Shown here: in pieces, positions 38,667 to 51,530 of the stretch
Numbering within the stretch: the stretch's first letter is position 1
How the letters are laid out: each line of letters begins with the position of its first letter
Assembly (NCBI RefSeq): GCF_006345805.1
Contig: NC_043005.1
Coordinates: forward strand, 102,858,001-102,922,000
Direction: 5' to 3'
From: Octopus sinensis
Lineage: Eukaryota
Length of the DNA stretch: 64,000 nucleotides
Program-made: the position numbers and the translations under genes
Notes under the pieces: model-generated
Told to the model about the DNA's origin: nothing
Seen by the model: the letters and a program-made list of their open reading frames with translations, nothing else
Databases searched by the model: none

Positions 38667-40111
38667 ATATATATATATATATTTACATATGTACATGCAT
38701 ATGTGTATTAGTGAGTGCGCGTGTGAGTACTATGTATATATACAACAGTGCTCGCTGCATTTTAGGGAGCAGTATATGTGTCTGTGTGTCTGTGTGTATG
38801 TGTGTGAGAGAGAGAGAGAGAGCGTGCGTTTATATATGTTTCTACATCCTTGAATGGGTATGTATGCATCCCTGTGTATTCAAGGCACTATTAAAAAGAA
38901 GAGAGTTTTGAATAGAAAAATGAGGGCAAATAGAATGTGAAGCGGAGTTGGGGTGGCATTTAAATGATGCATTTTACAACAAAATCGCTGAGCGAATCCT
39001 AACTCAATTCTCTTACGAGAGAAAACTGGGTGTGGCTTCTCGTTGCCATTCGTAAATGCACGCTGTTCTAAATAGCGAATATTGGTTTAAACATACATGT
39101 TTTAACGCCATGCGATATTTTATTTGAGATTGGAAGTAAATTTCCAATCGATACGATTTTACACGTAGGCTATGCTTCAATCAAGCAATGTCTGTTCGTC
39201 CGTCATGATATATTCAATATCACGTCCGCATGAGTTTTATAGCTCAAAAGTGTATCAACTATTTCCCAATAAGTGCATTACTAATACGTCCCTGACGAAA
39301 TTGAACTTCATAGCTGAATCGTTTCTATAGTTGTTTGTAGTTTGGTGATGTGATTGGTGGGGAAGGTTTACTGATATTGACTGAAAGAAAATATGTAGCA
39401 GTAAAGATAGAGTTATGATCAATTTTCTATATTTTATGGTACTCTGTTTCATGTGACTTTCAACTACACCGCAGACCATATCTTCAAAATGTATCAGCTT
39501 AATACCCACACATACAATCACACAGACAATCACACAGACAATCACACACACACACAAGGATACACATACTAATAAAAATACATGCTTACGTACACTGTTA
39601 TGTCCTATGTTGCACACCACTGCTTCACGCAGAGTTTAAAGATATAAATGATAAGGAATTTAGGCTGCTTTACACATACATTTTGATCGATAGCAAAGAG
39701 TTAATTACTTTAAAGACGTACATATGGGAAATGATGTGAATCAATGACACCGGGGTTAACTTTACATGTATTCAGAGATTTAACTTATATGCTCTTTTGA
39801 CACTTCACAGATTGCGGCTAGATATTTGACGAATAGATATTGTTGTCGGCATCACCTGCAACTTCAGTTTGAAAGTATTCTTTAGTCTTTTGATTCAGTG
39901 TGTATATAGATCAATATTGCATTTTGCTATAGTGCGCAGTATTTCATGCCAATCGTAAATTAGAATTGAAGTCTTGAAAAGCCTCACATATACGCATAGA
40001 TATATCTGTAGGCATACTCAGACACACTCATACACGCCTGTAGGAATATCTGTGTATATGTGTATAAATAACTATATATATGCATATATATATGTGTGTG
40101 TGTATATATAT

Positions 40112-40186
<75 letters not shown>

Positions 40187-40680
40187 ATATATATATATAT
40201 GTGTGTGTATATATATAATATAAATAATATATAAATATATGCATATATACATATATGTACACACACACACATATATATGTGTGTTTAGGTGTATGTGTGT
40301 GTGTCTGTGTGTGTGTCTGTGTCTGTGTGTGTGTGTGCGTGTGAGATGATAGCCGTCTCATATTCATCTTCATTGTTTTGATACACTTCCATCCATGCCT
40401 GTGCGCAGATATGACTTCACATGTTTCGACGCAACCGTTGCCATGTAACTTTAAAAACCTAGCAAACAGATCAAGAAATGAAATAATAATAAGCAAACTG
40501 TACGTCATCGGATTTAAATGACAAAATCGTGTACAATGTTCTTGCCAGTCTTTCGGTCGCCATTGCAGGTTCCAGTGACAAGCATTATAAGATGACTAGT
40601 ACTAATACAACGCGCGCGCACATACAGACATACATACAAACATACGTACATGCAAACATTAATATATATATGCATACAAA

Positions 40681-40900
40681 GGCAGAAGCGTTAGCACGCT
40701 GGGCGAAATGCGTAGCCGTATTTCGTCTGCCGTTACGTTCTGAGTTCAAATTCCGCCGAGGTCGTCTTTGCCTTTCATCCTTTCGGGGTAGATAAATAAA
40801 GTACCAGTTACGCACTGGGGTCGAGGTAATCGACTTAATCCGTTTGTCTGTCCTTGTTTGTCCCCTCTGAGTTTAGCCCCTTGTGGGCAGTAAAGAAATA
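40681..40900 (+). mobile_element. Family-A SINE monomer (tail-1)
   Basis: Head GGCAGAAGCGTTAGCACG, B box, central domain and a tail ending GCCCCTTGTGGGCAGTAAAGAAATA. Confidence 0.9.
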
Positions 40901-40934
40901 TATATATACATACATACATGTGCATGTGTGATTA

Positions 40935-41859
40935 TGTGGACTGATCAATTAGTATCGGGACTGTTGCCATAGTAACGAAGCTAGAACACACAGAGTAAAG
41001 CCGCTTGTTACAGATTAACCTTCAACTCTGCTGTGCATGCGCACTACTTTTTAACGTCTTAGCTTACTTCTGCTGTTTACAGCAGTGCTAGCAAGATTTG
41101 CAGCGTATGATCGTCACGTTGACCATGACAGCGTATGATCGTCACACTGATCATGCAGTGAGTGATCGTCACATTGACCATCACATTGACCATGTGTAGA
41201 GGAACTGCATCGAATTTTGCCAAAAGGTTCGCGATACAAGCTCAGAGGCCTACGTAAAGTTTTCAAAACGTTTTCATCGTTCTCGACGCACAAGATCTTG
41301 TGCAACTGAAACACGAGTGTCTTTTTGGTCAGCTGAAAGCAGTTTTGGCTCAAACTTAACAGACACGCGTCTCATACCGAAATCTTCAGTGATAATGGAC
41401 TGAACTGAACCGTAACTAATCTGCACATCCTCTGATAACTTATGGATGGTGATTCGTCGATTTTTCCTCATAGCTGCACATACATCTGCGATGCTTTTCT
41501 CAGTACTGCTGGTTGCAGGTCTCAAAATCGACATTTGTTCGCCATCTTAGGAACGGCTGAACCACTCGCAGACATGTGTGTAGCTCATACACTCCTCTCC
41601 ATACACTTTCTGCAACTTTGTGTAGGCTTCGGAGCATATATCCCCAAGACAACTTTCTCTGTCATGGTCAATGCGACGATCACACGCTACACACCTTCCT
41701 TCCAAGCACTGCTGCAAACAGCGTAATTGAGCTAGAACGTTACATCTTAGTGTGCATCTACAGCAGATTTCAAGGTCAGTCTGTGCCAAACGGCTTTACT
41801 GTGTGTACTCTAGTTTCATTACTATAGCAACCGTCCTGATACTTATTGAGCAGACCTCG
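40935..41859. mobile_element. Non-autonomous mariner derivative made of two inverted 5' ends (long TIRs), TA TSD
   Basis: TA|TGTGGACTGATCAATTAGTATCGGGAC matches the reverse complement of GTCCTGATACTTATTGAGCAGACCTCG|TA. Arm homology runs about 330 bp, past the start codon. The minus arm encodes the mariner HTH region (…RRITIHKLSEDVQISYGSVQSIITEDFGMRRVSVKFEPKLLSADQK). Confidence 0.88.
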
Positions 41860-43163
41860 TATATATGTAAGTATACCTTACATTTGCATATATAATTGTA
41901 GACTTAATGTAGACTTCCTTATCAACCAGTTTAATGTCACTGCTTTATCTAGCATGGTACTTTTGCATATTACTTTGGTTGGTATTCCCATTCTGCGTTA
42001 GCCTACGTCTTCACATCAACATCAATTTTGTCTTTGATAATTTCTAGCCATGATAAATTTCATTATAAAATATTGTTGATATTGAAGTGGCTTCTCTTAG
42101 ATAATCTAACATTGCTTAGGTCCTCTATATTTTCGAAAAGTATATATATGATATAAGATAATAAAATATCTGCAACATCTAGTATGAAACCAGTTTAGCA
42201 TCCCCTGCTGACTAATCGAGTCTTTTAGCAGAGTTCATTCTGCTGTAATTATTCAGGTCAGGTCTTGTGTCTGTAGATAAGTTCATGCCTTCCCCTCATC
42301 AATCTTAATATTCTTGCGAAGTTTCAACGGCAGTGCCAATTTTACTATTAGTCATCGGTTACAGTAACCAACTTTCAGGGCCTGAATGGAAGTATTATGT
42401 CCAATTTATGTCACAAAATATTAAAGATGTTGTATTCGGGAATCAGGTAGTAGCCTGTTCGTTGATGAAAACTGATATTTCTAACGTTGATCGGTTAGGT
42501 TTATAATTAAATATATTCGAGCGAATACCATTCCATTTGTTTAAGTATATTTCCAAGTGGACATTATCTTAAATTTCCTTCTCTTTTTCTAACGGTGAGG
42601 TGTGTTTTAACAGAGGTATTGCTGCTGTATCGTGCAGTGTCAGGAACGATATAATATGTCCTATGTCATCATTTTAGCTGGTCTTTGGTTGGGAAAAGTG
42701 GTTAGGCAAGGATTTACAATGAGCTGGCGAGTGGTGTTTGATGTGGTTTTCAAATATCAAATTATGGTATTTGTTATAGTTGTTGCTGTAGATGTTTCTG
42801 CCTTAAAGTCACGTTTGAGAAGGAACAGATAAAGTTTGATACTTCAGAAGACCATCTGTAGCATAAGTTATTCTCGTTGCAAAGGCATGTGACATATGTT
42901 CAGGTGTTACATTTAGCCATAAAGCGAGACAAAAAAAGCATACTTAAAATCGATAAAATAATGAAACAATTTTGTGGTTTGTAGTACACTATAGACAATC
43001 ATAACAACAGATCGAACCCTTCAATTGTAATAACTGTAAATATAAAAGGAAGAAACTTCGTACATGTGAACTACTTACCATTGTAGGGTTCTACTGAGTT
43101 AATCGTTTCCAATAGTTTGCTAAGATTTCATTGATAGAGTTTGTTATAATTATATCACCACCC

Positions 43164-43371
43164 GTGCAGATTAGTTACGGTTCAGTTCAGTCCATTATCA
43201 CTGAAGATTTGAGCATGAGATGCGTGTCTGCCAAGTTTGAGCCAAAACTGCTTTCAGCTGACCAAAACGACACTCGGATTTCAGCTTCACAAGATCTTGT
43301 GCGTCGAGAACGATGAAAACCTTTTGAAAACTTTACATAGGCCTCTGAGCTTGTATCGCGAACCTTTTGGC
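43164..43371 (+). mobile_element. Internal fragment of the same fold-back mariner, opposite orientation
   Basis: Reverse complement of 41219-41426 (VQISYGSVQSIITEDLSMRCVSAKFEPKLLSADQND), including the inversion junction. Confidence 0.88.
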
Positions 43372-45318
43372 TCTAGCGCGTTCAAGATGTATGTGCTTAA
43401 CAATATTTAGTCCTATTTCAAGTTTTGTAGACGACCAGTGATAATAAATAATCATGACTCAAGTATTTAGACACATAGTGTCTAAATAAATAAGTCTTAC
43501 TTGAAAGTCTTATAATTGTTGGTATGCTTGAATTCAATATATGGAATGATGTTGCTTTTAACTTTAGAGAAATCCTCTTCAACCCGGTATACGTTCATGA
43601 AAGGTATTTATACCATGCCTATACTTCAAACTTCCGGTTTCTTTAATATCATTACCATTCTTGCTTCCCATGGCTATCGTGCCGAAAACCGCATTATATC
43701 GGATATGATGTAATACAAACTTTCGCACCCTAATAGACAAGGATGCCATTGCAATTACATTTATGCTCTCAGCAAAAAGCTGGACTTGAAATTTCAGGAA
43801 GCATCAAAGGTAATAAGAGGCGGTGCTTTCTTGCATGGCCTGGTGTGCTGAAACTGTTCGTGGTAGTTGCCATTTTAGAAGACGTTTATGCTACCCTAGT
43901 AATTTTTGTTTTAAAGATAGAATAATGTTATGTGAAGGAGATTTGCTTGCTCATTCTAGCAGGTTGAGATACCATGTGAAAACTCTCTCAAGGCCACAAT
44001 GAAACTAGTGAAATCTGAAGGTAGAGTTAACTGACTCTTCTAATACTGGCCGTTTGCCTAGTCAAGAAAAATCAATAATTATAAACGCGCGAAATATCGT
44101 ATGTAAAATTAGTAAAGAGTTTAGCATCTGCAAGGCAGCAAAAACTTCGGCTTCTGCTGATCGAGAGTCATTTACGTCAGAGCAGAGGGAAATACATCAG
44201 TACATATTATATCCAGCTCGTTAGAGCATCGCGATAAAAGTATTCGCTTAATGTTTAATGAAATCCGTTTGGAAAGCAGCAAAGCAGATTATTCAATTAT
44301 ATACTTTTGTCTATTGGGCTTGTTATAATGTTCTTCAAATGGAAATGATCAAAGTGCTAAGCGACATTAAATCAGAACAACTAACACGTTATTGAAATAG
44401 CAAATTCCACTTAGACATCAACAGCTACAACAAAAATTTCAACAAAAGCAGATGAAACAGCAGCAGCAACAACAACAACAACAAAGTGACATTATCAACA
44501 ACAGCAACAATAGTAACCTCAATATTATCAAGAAAAATAATCGTAGCAGCAATATTAACAGCGCTCGAAACAACAGCTGACTGTATATATTGATACATGC
44601 AGTTTATTGCAGTTATAGGAAAGCTAACCCTGCTTAATATTCTATAGTCTATATTCCACCGACACTTAACAAATTCACATTAGCATTTTTCCTCTGCATG
44701 TCCGTGTACATATTTCCTAGGAATGCACCTATCCATATCTAGATATGTACGTGCTTGTGTGTTTGTACGTGTATGTTTGAGTATTATGAATGTATAAAAG
44801 TATAAACGATACAAATTAAGAGTTGAAAGAAAAACCTCACTCTGCCACTCAATTTCTTATGTTCTTTCTCTTTAACTATACGGCCATTTCTCTCTCTATT
44901 TGCATATCAATTAATTAATATGTATAAGCTAGTTAAATATATGTCTGTCTATTTGTGATACACACCCAAACAATTATACCCAGAGGAAGCAGAAAATGAA
45001 GACGAGTTTCAGGAAAATCAATTGTACCAATGCTTTATGTTATATAAGCGATATATAAGGGGCAGAGTTGATTTCGTAACAAATACAACGCGGTTAATGG
45101 ACGTTTTGTACGTTTAGAAATGTTTTAAGTATTCACAGTCAGGGATTAGATTAGGATAGTGTTACTGAATTCACTTTCAAATACACACACACACTTGCTG
45201 GCAAATTACAGGTTTGTTCCAAAACATAAGACACTAAAATTCAAAACAAAGTACTGAATACTATAACAATTACTCATATGTATGCGTGTTTGTGTGTGTA
45301 TCTAATGGCATGACATTG

Positions 45319-45527
45319 GTTTCAGTTTTTGGCACAAGGCTAGCAATATTGGAGTAGTGGGTAATTCGATTAAATTGACCCCAATGCTTAATGCATACTC
45401 TATCGGTGCCTGAAGGATTAAAGGCTACGTCGAACTCAGCGGAATTGGAACCGAGAACGTAAAGATGGTCGAAATACCGATAAATATTAGGCCTGGCGTA
45501 CTAATGGTTCTGCCAGCTCGGCGCCTT
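45319..45527 (-). mobile_element. Old, diverged family-A SINE (tail-2 type)
   Basis: The minus strand has AAGGCGCCGAGCTGGCAGAA, GTTCTCGGTTCCAATTCC, a degenerate central domain and a …CCTTGTGCC tail. Confidence 0.7.
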
Positions 45528-46149
45528 TCAAGAGCAAAATACTAAAAACTTGTCAGAGCCGCAAGAGAAAAGTGTGATGACTGGAATATTAGTTTAATAT
45601 TTGAGAATTCAAAGAGCATTCAATGATCTACTATTTCAGGCAATAGTGGTTTTTTCATATAACAGAAAAGGTAAAGTTAAGTTAAAGTTGCATAGGTAAG
45701 GTAAAGTTGCATAGAAATACCATGGTTTTTTTACCCACCCTCCGTTAAAAGCGATAGTTCAAATTCTGTTAAATGAAGCTTTGCCGTTCATTCTTCTGAA
45801 AGAGATAAAGTACAATAAGGGAGGAAAACAGTGACTGTTTCGAAAATGTAATTAATTAAAACTAAGATGATGTTGTAATTAATTCTATACAACAAGGACC
45901 TGTCATCAGCTTTTTGGATTCTGCACCCTCAATAGATGAGGTTTTAAAAGCTTTAGGCTGCATTTTTGTAAAGAAATTGCACTAAGGTTTGCGTTTTGGC
46001 TTTGGTGAAATCACACAGAAGCTTCAGGAACTTATAAGTAGTGTAGTTTGGTGGAATGGTACTGTTCCCTAGCTACTAGATAGGTTCTAGCAAGTATAAT
46101 TATTGCCCACCTGAATATATATCGTGTAAATGACGTCCCATTTAACTCT

Positions 46150-47180
46150 CATAGTGTGTCCGTTATGGTAGATGAACGAAGGATAGGATCTTCACAGCAA
46201 AACAGATGCAAGAAAAGTGTTATAAACAAAATGTGAATCATGTCGAGGCTTTGGTTGATTTCGATACTGTTAATAGAGGATTATTGTGGAAACTACTCGG
46301 GGAAAAAATGGCTGACCGAGTCACTTTGTATCGGAAATCAAGTAATTTCATCGTGGGATGGAGGCATGGGTCAATGTCGATGGTAGCATAGTGGAACACA
46401 ACCCTTTAGAACATGTTTCGAGTAAGGTGGCATCCTCGCCTTTCTCAGTCTCTTATTCGTTAACTCTTTAATGCAAATACTCTTAAACCTGAAGCTAAGC
46501 AAATTCTCATTGATCATATTTCTGTATCTTGCAAAGCACTTTGATCACAATATTATTCTGGACAATATCGTTGTGATGTTCCAGCCTGTGCCAAGAAGCC
46601 ATCTATCTTAGTTGAGGGAACATCACTGATAGTGGGAGACAAGTTTGTCTATCTGGGCTCCTTTGATTATAAAATATCTTTTAGGCTTTAGAAGAAACTG
46701 ATTCCTTCGCAGTTCTTGAATGTCATGTCTGGCATCAAAAGGCGAACAAAAGTCGATGGATGCCATGCGTGTGTGCTGACATCGCTCTTTACTTATGCAA
46801 AACATGCATTCATTACAAACGTCATTTAACAGTCCCTGAATTCTTCTATCAGAGTCTTCTGAAGCACATTCTGAATAATGACTGTTCCTTGAAGTCTTCA
46901 AACACCGACATCTCGAGAGAAGCCGACTGCTTGAGCATTAAGGCGACTGCTTGACCTTTATACTGGACTGGACAACTTGTTCAGATGAATGATCAGACGA
47001 TCCCGAAACAGATGGTATATGGTGAACTTGTTGGTGGAATTGTCCCCGGCAGAGACCAATGCTATGGTTTAAGGACTGTATTAGGTCCGCGCTGATGACC
47101 CGTGAGATATGGAAGGTCAGTTGGGGAAGCATTGCTGGTCATCGTGACTGAATGATACAGGAGGCATCACTTTATACCGT
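46150..47180 (+). pseudogene. Decayed RTE (BovB-like) reverse transcriptase fragment
   Basis: Motifs in shifting frames: QEKC.KQN…DFDTVNRGLLW, DKFVYLGS, ACVLTSLL, and YWTGQLVQMNDQTIPKQMVYGEL. Confidence 0.75.
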
Positions 47181-47291
47181 CACCGAAATTCTTGAAGAAA
47201 TTTTCAACGTATGCGGGTGAAGACCGGATATCCAGCAAACTTTGCAACGCTCGGATTAAGTGCTTTTATCATAGCTTGCGTTTGTGCAAGC

Positions 47292-47707
47292 AAAATGCTG
47301 ATTGGAATTTCGTCTGCCGCTACGTTCAAATTTCGCCGAGGTCGACTTTGCCTTTCATCGTTTCGGGGTCGATTAAATAAGTACCAGTTACGCACTGGGT
47401 CGATATAATCGACTTAATCCGTATGTCTGTCCTTGTTTTTCCTCTCTGCGTTTAGCCCATTGTGGGTAGTAAAGAAATAAGTATTTCGTCTGGCGCTACG
47501 TTCTGAGTTCAAATTCCGCCGAGGTTGACTTTGCCTTTCATTCCATCGGGGTCTATAAATTAAGTACCAGTTACGCACTGGGGTCGATGTAATCTACTTA
47601 ATCCGTTTGTCTGTCCTTGTTTGTCCCCTCTATGTTTAGCCCCATGTGGGCAATAACGAAATAAGAAAAGTTAATGCGCCGGGCGAAATGCTTAGCAGTA
47701 TTTCGTC
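47292..47707 (+). mobile_element. Family-A SINE concatemer (two tail-1 units plus a partial third head)
   Basis: Junctions are AAAGAAATA|AGTATTTCG at 47479/47480 and AACGAAATA|AGAAAAGTTAATG at 47663/47664. Confidence 0.88.
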
Positions 47708-48529
47708 AGTGTTTATTGTTTAATCTTTAAAAAAAGTGTATATAACGTTCACCCTTTTCTACACTTTGTCATACGCTCTAAAACGCCGCCTCTTAGTCGT
47801 AATGACAAGCATTGATTGTGTCATATTGGTTCTACTGGAGAACTTTATGTATACCTGTTGTATGTATATGATTATAAATGTGTATGCATCTTTATATTTT
47901 TGCATGTCATAGGTCGTATAATTCTCTGTGTGTGCATATGAAGTGCATAGATATAGAAAAATGCATAAACTCATATTTTACGCCTCCACAATATATGACA
48001 GATATTTGTTTGCTCATTCGCTACACGTACATCTGTACTTATACTTCAGTTATTTCTTAGCTAAACCTTCTTATTCCTTTCCAAAAATTCATTCATGCAA
48101 TATACTGTCTCATCAATAAACTCAATATTATTATTTAAAAGGAAATCAAAAAATAAATATATAATCGATTTCTGCATTAAAATTGCAGAAAAATTCAAAA
48201 TATAACAATATAGTCTACTTCCCATTAAAAACGAAAAGCATTTGTTTTTTCGTATTTCGTTTTTAATATTGATTTACAACACAGCAAGAAGACAACATAT
48301 TTGGGATGAGTGGAACAACAGATATAATTGACCCTAGTATATGACTGATATCTAGTCCCTAGAATTAGGAACATAAACAAAACGATGATTTTAGTGATAT
48401 TTGTACTAACAATGTGAAGATATGTAACTAAATTCTTTCAGGCATTTTGTCCGACGCGCAGCTGATTCTGCAATCCATTACCATCTTGTTCTACATTTTA
48501 TATATTTTCAGAATCAAACACCTTTCTTT

Positions 48530-48765
48530 CCTATTTCTTTGCTACCCAAAAGGGGCTAAGCACAGAGCGGACAAACAAAGACAGACAAACGGTTTAAGTC
48601 GATTACCTCGACTCCAGTGCGTCACTGGTACTTATTTAATCGACCCTGATAGGATGAAAGGCAAAGTCGACCTCGGCGGAATTTGAACTCAGAACGTAGC
48701 GGCAGACGAAATACCGCAAAGCATTTCGCCCGGCGTGTTAACGTTTCTGCCAGCTCGCCGCCTTT
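48530..48765 (-). mobile_element. Full-length family-A SINE monomer with a 14-bp TSD
   Basis: Complete head and tail-1. It is flanked by AAACACCTTTCTTT (48516-48529) and AAACACTTTTCTTT (48766-48779). Confidence 0.9.
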
Positions 48766-49402
48766 AAACACTTTTCTTTTCGATATCCTTTCCATTCTGC
48801 CAATTCAGCATTTTTATGGGTGGTGGTAGAGGAGGAGGAGGAGGAGGAGGAAGAAGGAAGGAGAAGAGAAGGTGGAGGTGGAGGAAGAAGAAGGGAGGAG
48901 GGGGAGCTAATACAGTTTCCGGTATTATATAACAAGGCGCTAACAAAGTGAATCAGTGTGAAAGATATCAAGCCATAGTAGTTCAACGATATTTATTTTA
49001 TTTAGTCCTGAAGGAACAAAGGCAAAGTTAATTTGGAGTGTGTTCTTCAATTACGAATGTTAACGAAGAGTAACTACATACCACATGGCGGCAATTTGTA
49101 TGAAACTTTATCAATTCGGAATCTGAAACATAAATCCTCGTCGATATATGTTTTTAACATTAAAATATATAGAAAATACATAAATATCCGATGCAGTAGT
49201 GAGTTGTTTAATTTATGTGCACTTTGCGTGCAACATCTACTTTTATATCATCTGTCTTTTCATATTTCTCTCGATATTTCCGAGACTCCTAGGATTTAAT
49301 CATCCGTTACCTATATTAAAACATGTGAACATAAGACTACGTTAATCAATATTTAAATTCCACACAAACGTTTTATACTACAGACACAAACGCGCGCACA
49401 CA

Positions 49403-49493
<91 letters not shown>

Positions 49494-49500
49494 TATACAT

Positions 49501-49549
<49 letters not shown>

Positions 49550-50958
49550 CGTTTGTATGTATGTATATATGTGTGTGTATGTGTATGTATGTATGTATGT
49601 TTGTTTGTATGTATGTAGCAAGAATTATTAGATAATGAATTAGCATCCAAGTTTGAAAAAATTTTACCCAGGAATACATCGTGCATCACGTTAGCTCGTA
49701 TATTTCTACTTAAGTAGTGGCTGTTTTTTCTTTTTGTAGGGATTTCTGTTTTGTTCCTTATTGTATAACTCTTCTTTTAAACATCAAGAAAATAGGATTT
49801 GAAAGATATCAAAGTTGAAAAGGATGATGGAACACCTGCCTTTTAAACACTGATTTACAGGATATCATATTAAGAGAAATATCATAATGAACTCTCATCT
49901 TTCATGGAAAAAAAAATAACAAAACAATGGACCGATAATGTTGCTTTTAAGTTTCACTTCTCTCTCGTAAAGTATGTTAATTAAAATCACCGCTCAAGAT
50001 AGGAATAGAATATAAAAATTGATAATCTTTTAAATGTAACAAAAAGCAAAACAAACCAAAAGCTGATAATATAAATATATTAAATAACATTGATAATTCA
50101 TTAGATAGTTTGGATAATTTCTTTCAGGTTACTAAAGTTTTTATTTTTTCCATTTTATGTTTCATAGATTCCGTATCACGAAGATGCGTGTAGTTCTTGT
50201 CGAAGTTCGTCTTCACAAAACATGATTATATTGATTCATTTATGGTATCATCCGGTGACAGATATAAAGTTCTCTATACCTGGAAATATTTTAATTATCT
50301 CAAACTCTATTACACGGTGATCTATTCGCTTTTTCATCAATATTCTAAGTCATTTAGTAGCCTGTATTTAAAGAGTATATTTCGTTTGACATGTATATAT
50401 TACAGAATCACATTAGAAAACAACATTGCATTCAGCAATTAACGATTACTCTTCGTTGCTTTACTTTTTCTACCCAAAGTATACTTACACAAGTTTTGTT
50501 TTATAGTTTCTTTTTTTTTTCATCCTATTCATTTAAATATACTGCAGAATGACATTGAATACGGTTACAGGAAATGGAGCTTTAATTACGTTATAAATAT
50601 TGCTGAATTGACAAATATTGCAATAGAATATTCCAATAAAACGTGAGTAACATTCCTCTGAGGATTTCCAAAGGAAAAAATACACACACAAATGTTTGCA
50701 ATGTTTGCGATGTGTATCAATATTCTCTTATTTTCTATTTGATATCAGTACAAAATCGAAATTGATTAACATAACATAAAATGTGTGAAGAGTGGAAAAT
50801 CAAGAATATATATATGTATATATATATATATATATAATATATATATATATTATATATATAATATATATATATATATATACGTAACATAAAGTGTGTGAAG
50901 AGTAGAAAATCAAGAATATATATGTATATATATATTATATATATATATACATATGTGC

Positions 50959-51044
<86 letters not shown>

Positions 51045-51495
51045 GTATATACACACATATGTACATATGTGTGTGTAGAATTATTATGTATATGTATCCT
51101 CATCTTCAAACGTATATTTGAGCGTTTGTATATATGTTTGAGTGTTATGATTGCGTGTGTGTATATGTGCGTGTGTGTATGTGTGTGTGAGTGTGTATGT
51201 GTGTACAGTTAATGTATTTATATACTTAGTTAATGTGTCTTCTTACTCGGAGTTTCTCGTTCTCCATCTTCCATCGGGAACGAGAAGCCATAACTCAGTA
51301 AATGGCAAAAAAAAACTCAGCATTTATTAAACATTATTCCCCTCTTGTAAACAATATCGATCCTTTTCTTTCGTTTAGTTACATATCAACTTGCACACAC
51401 CGAAACGCACACCCCAACACATATACATGTATGTATACATACACACGCGCAGAGACAGATTCGCAAATACATACTCACACACATTCTTAGATACG

Positions 51496-51530
<35 letters not shown>

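Noticed and set aside
44415-44580. Poly-Q-like CAA/CAG stretch
   Set aside because: Short low-complexity tract with no splice signals or extended ORF.
50771-50930. Short duplicated unit (AACATAAA.TGTGTGAAGAGT.GAAAATCAAGAATATATA) within a TA tract
   Set aside because: Ordinary slippage duplication, or an assembly artefact in a microsatellite.
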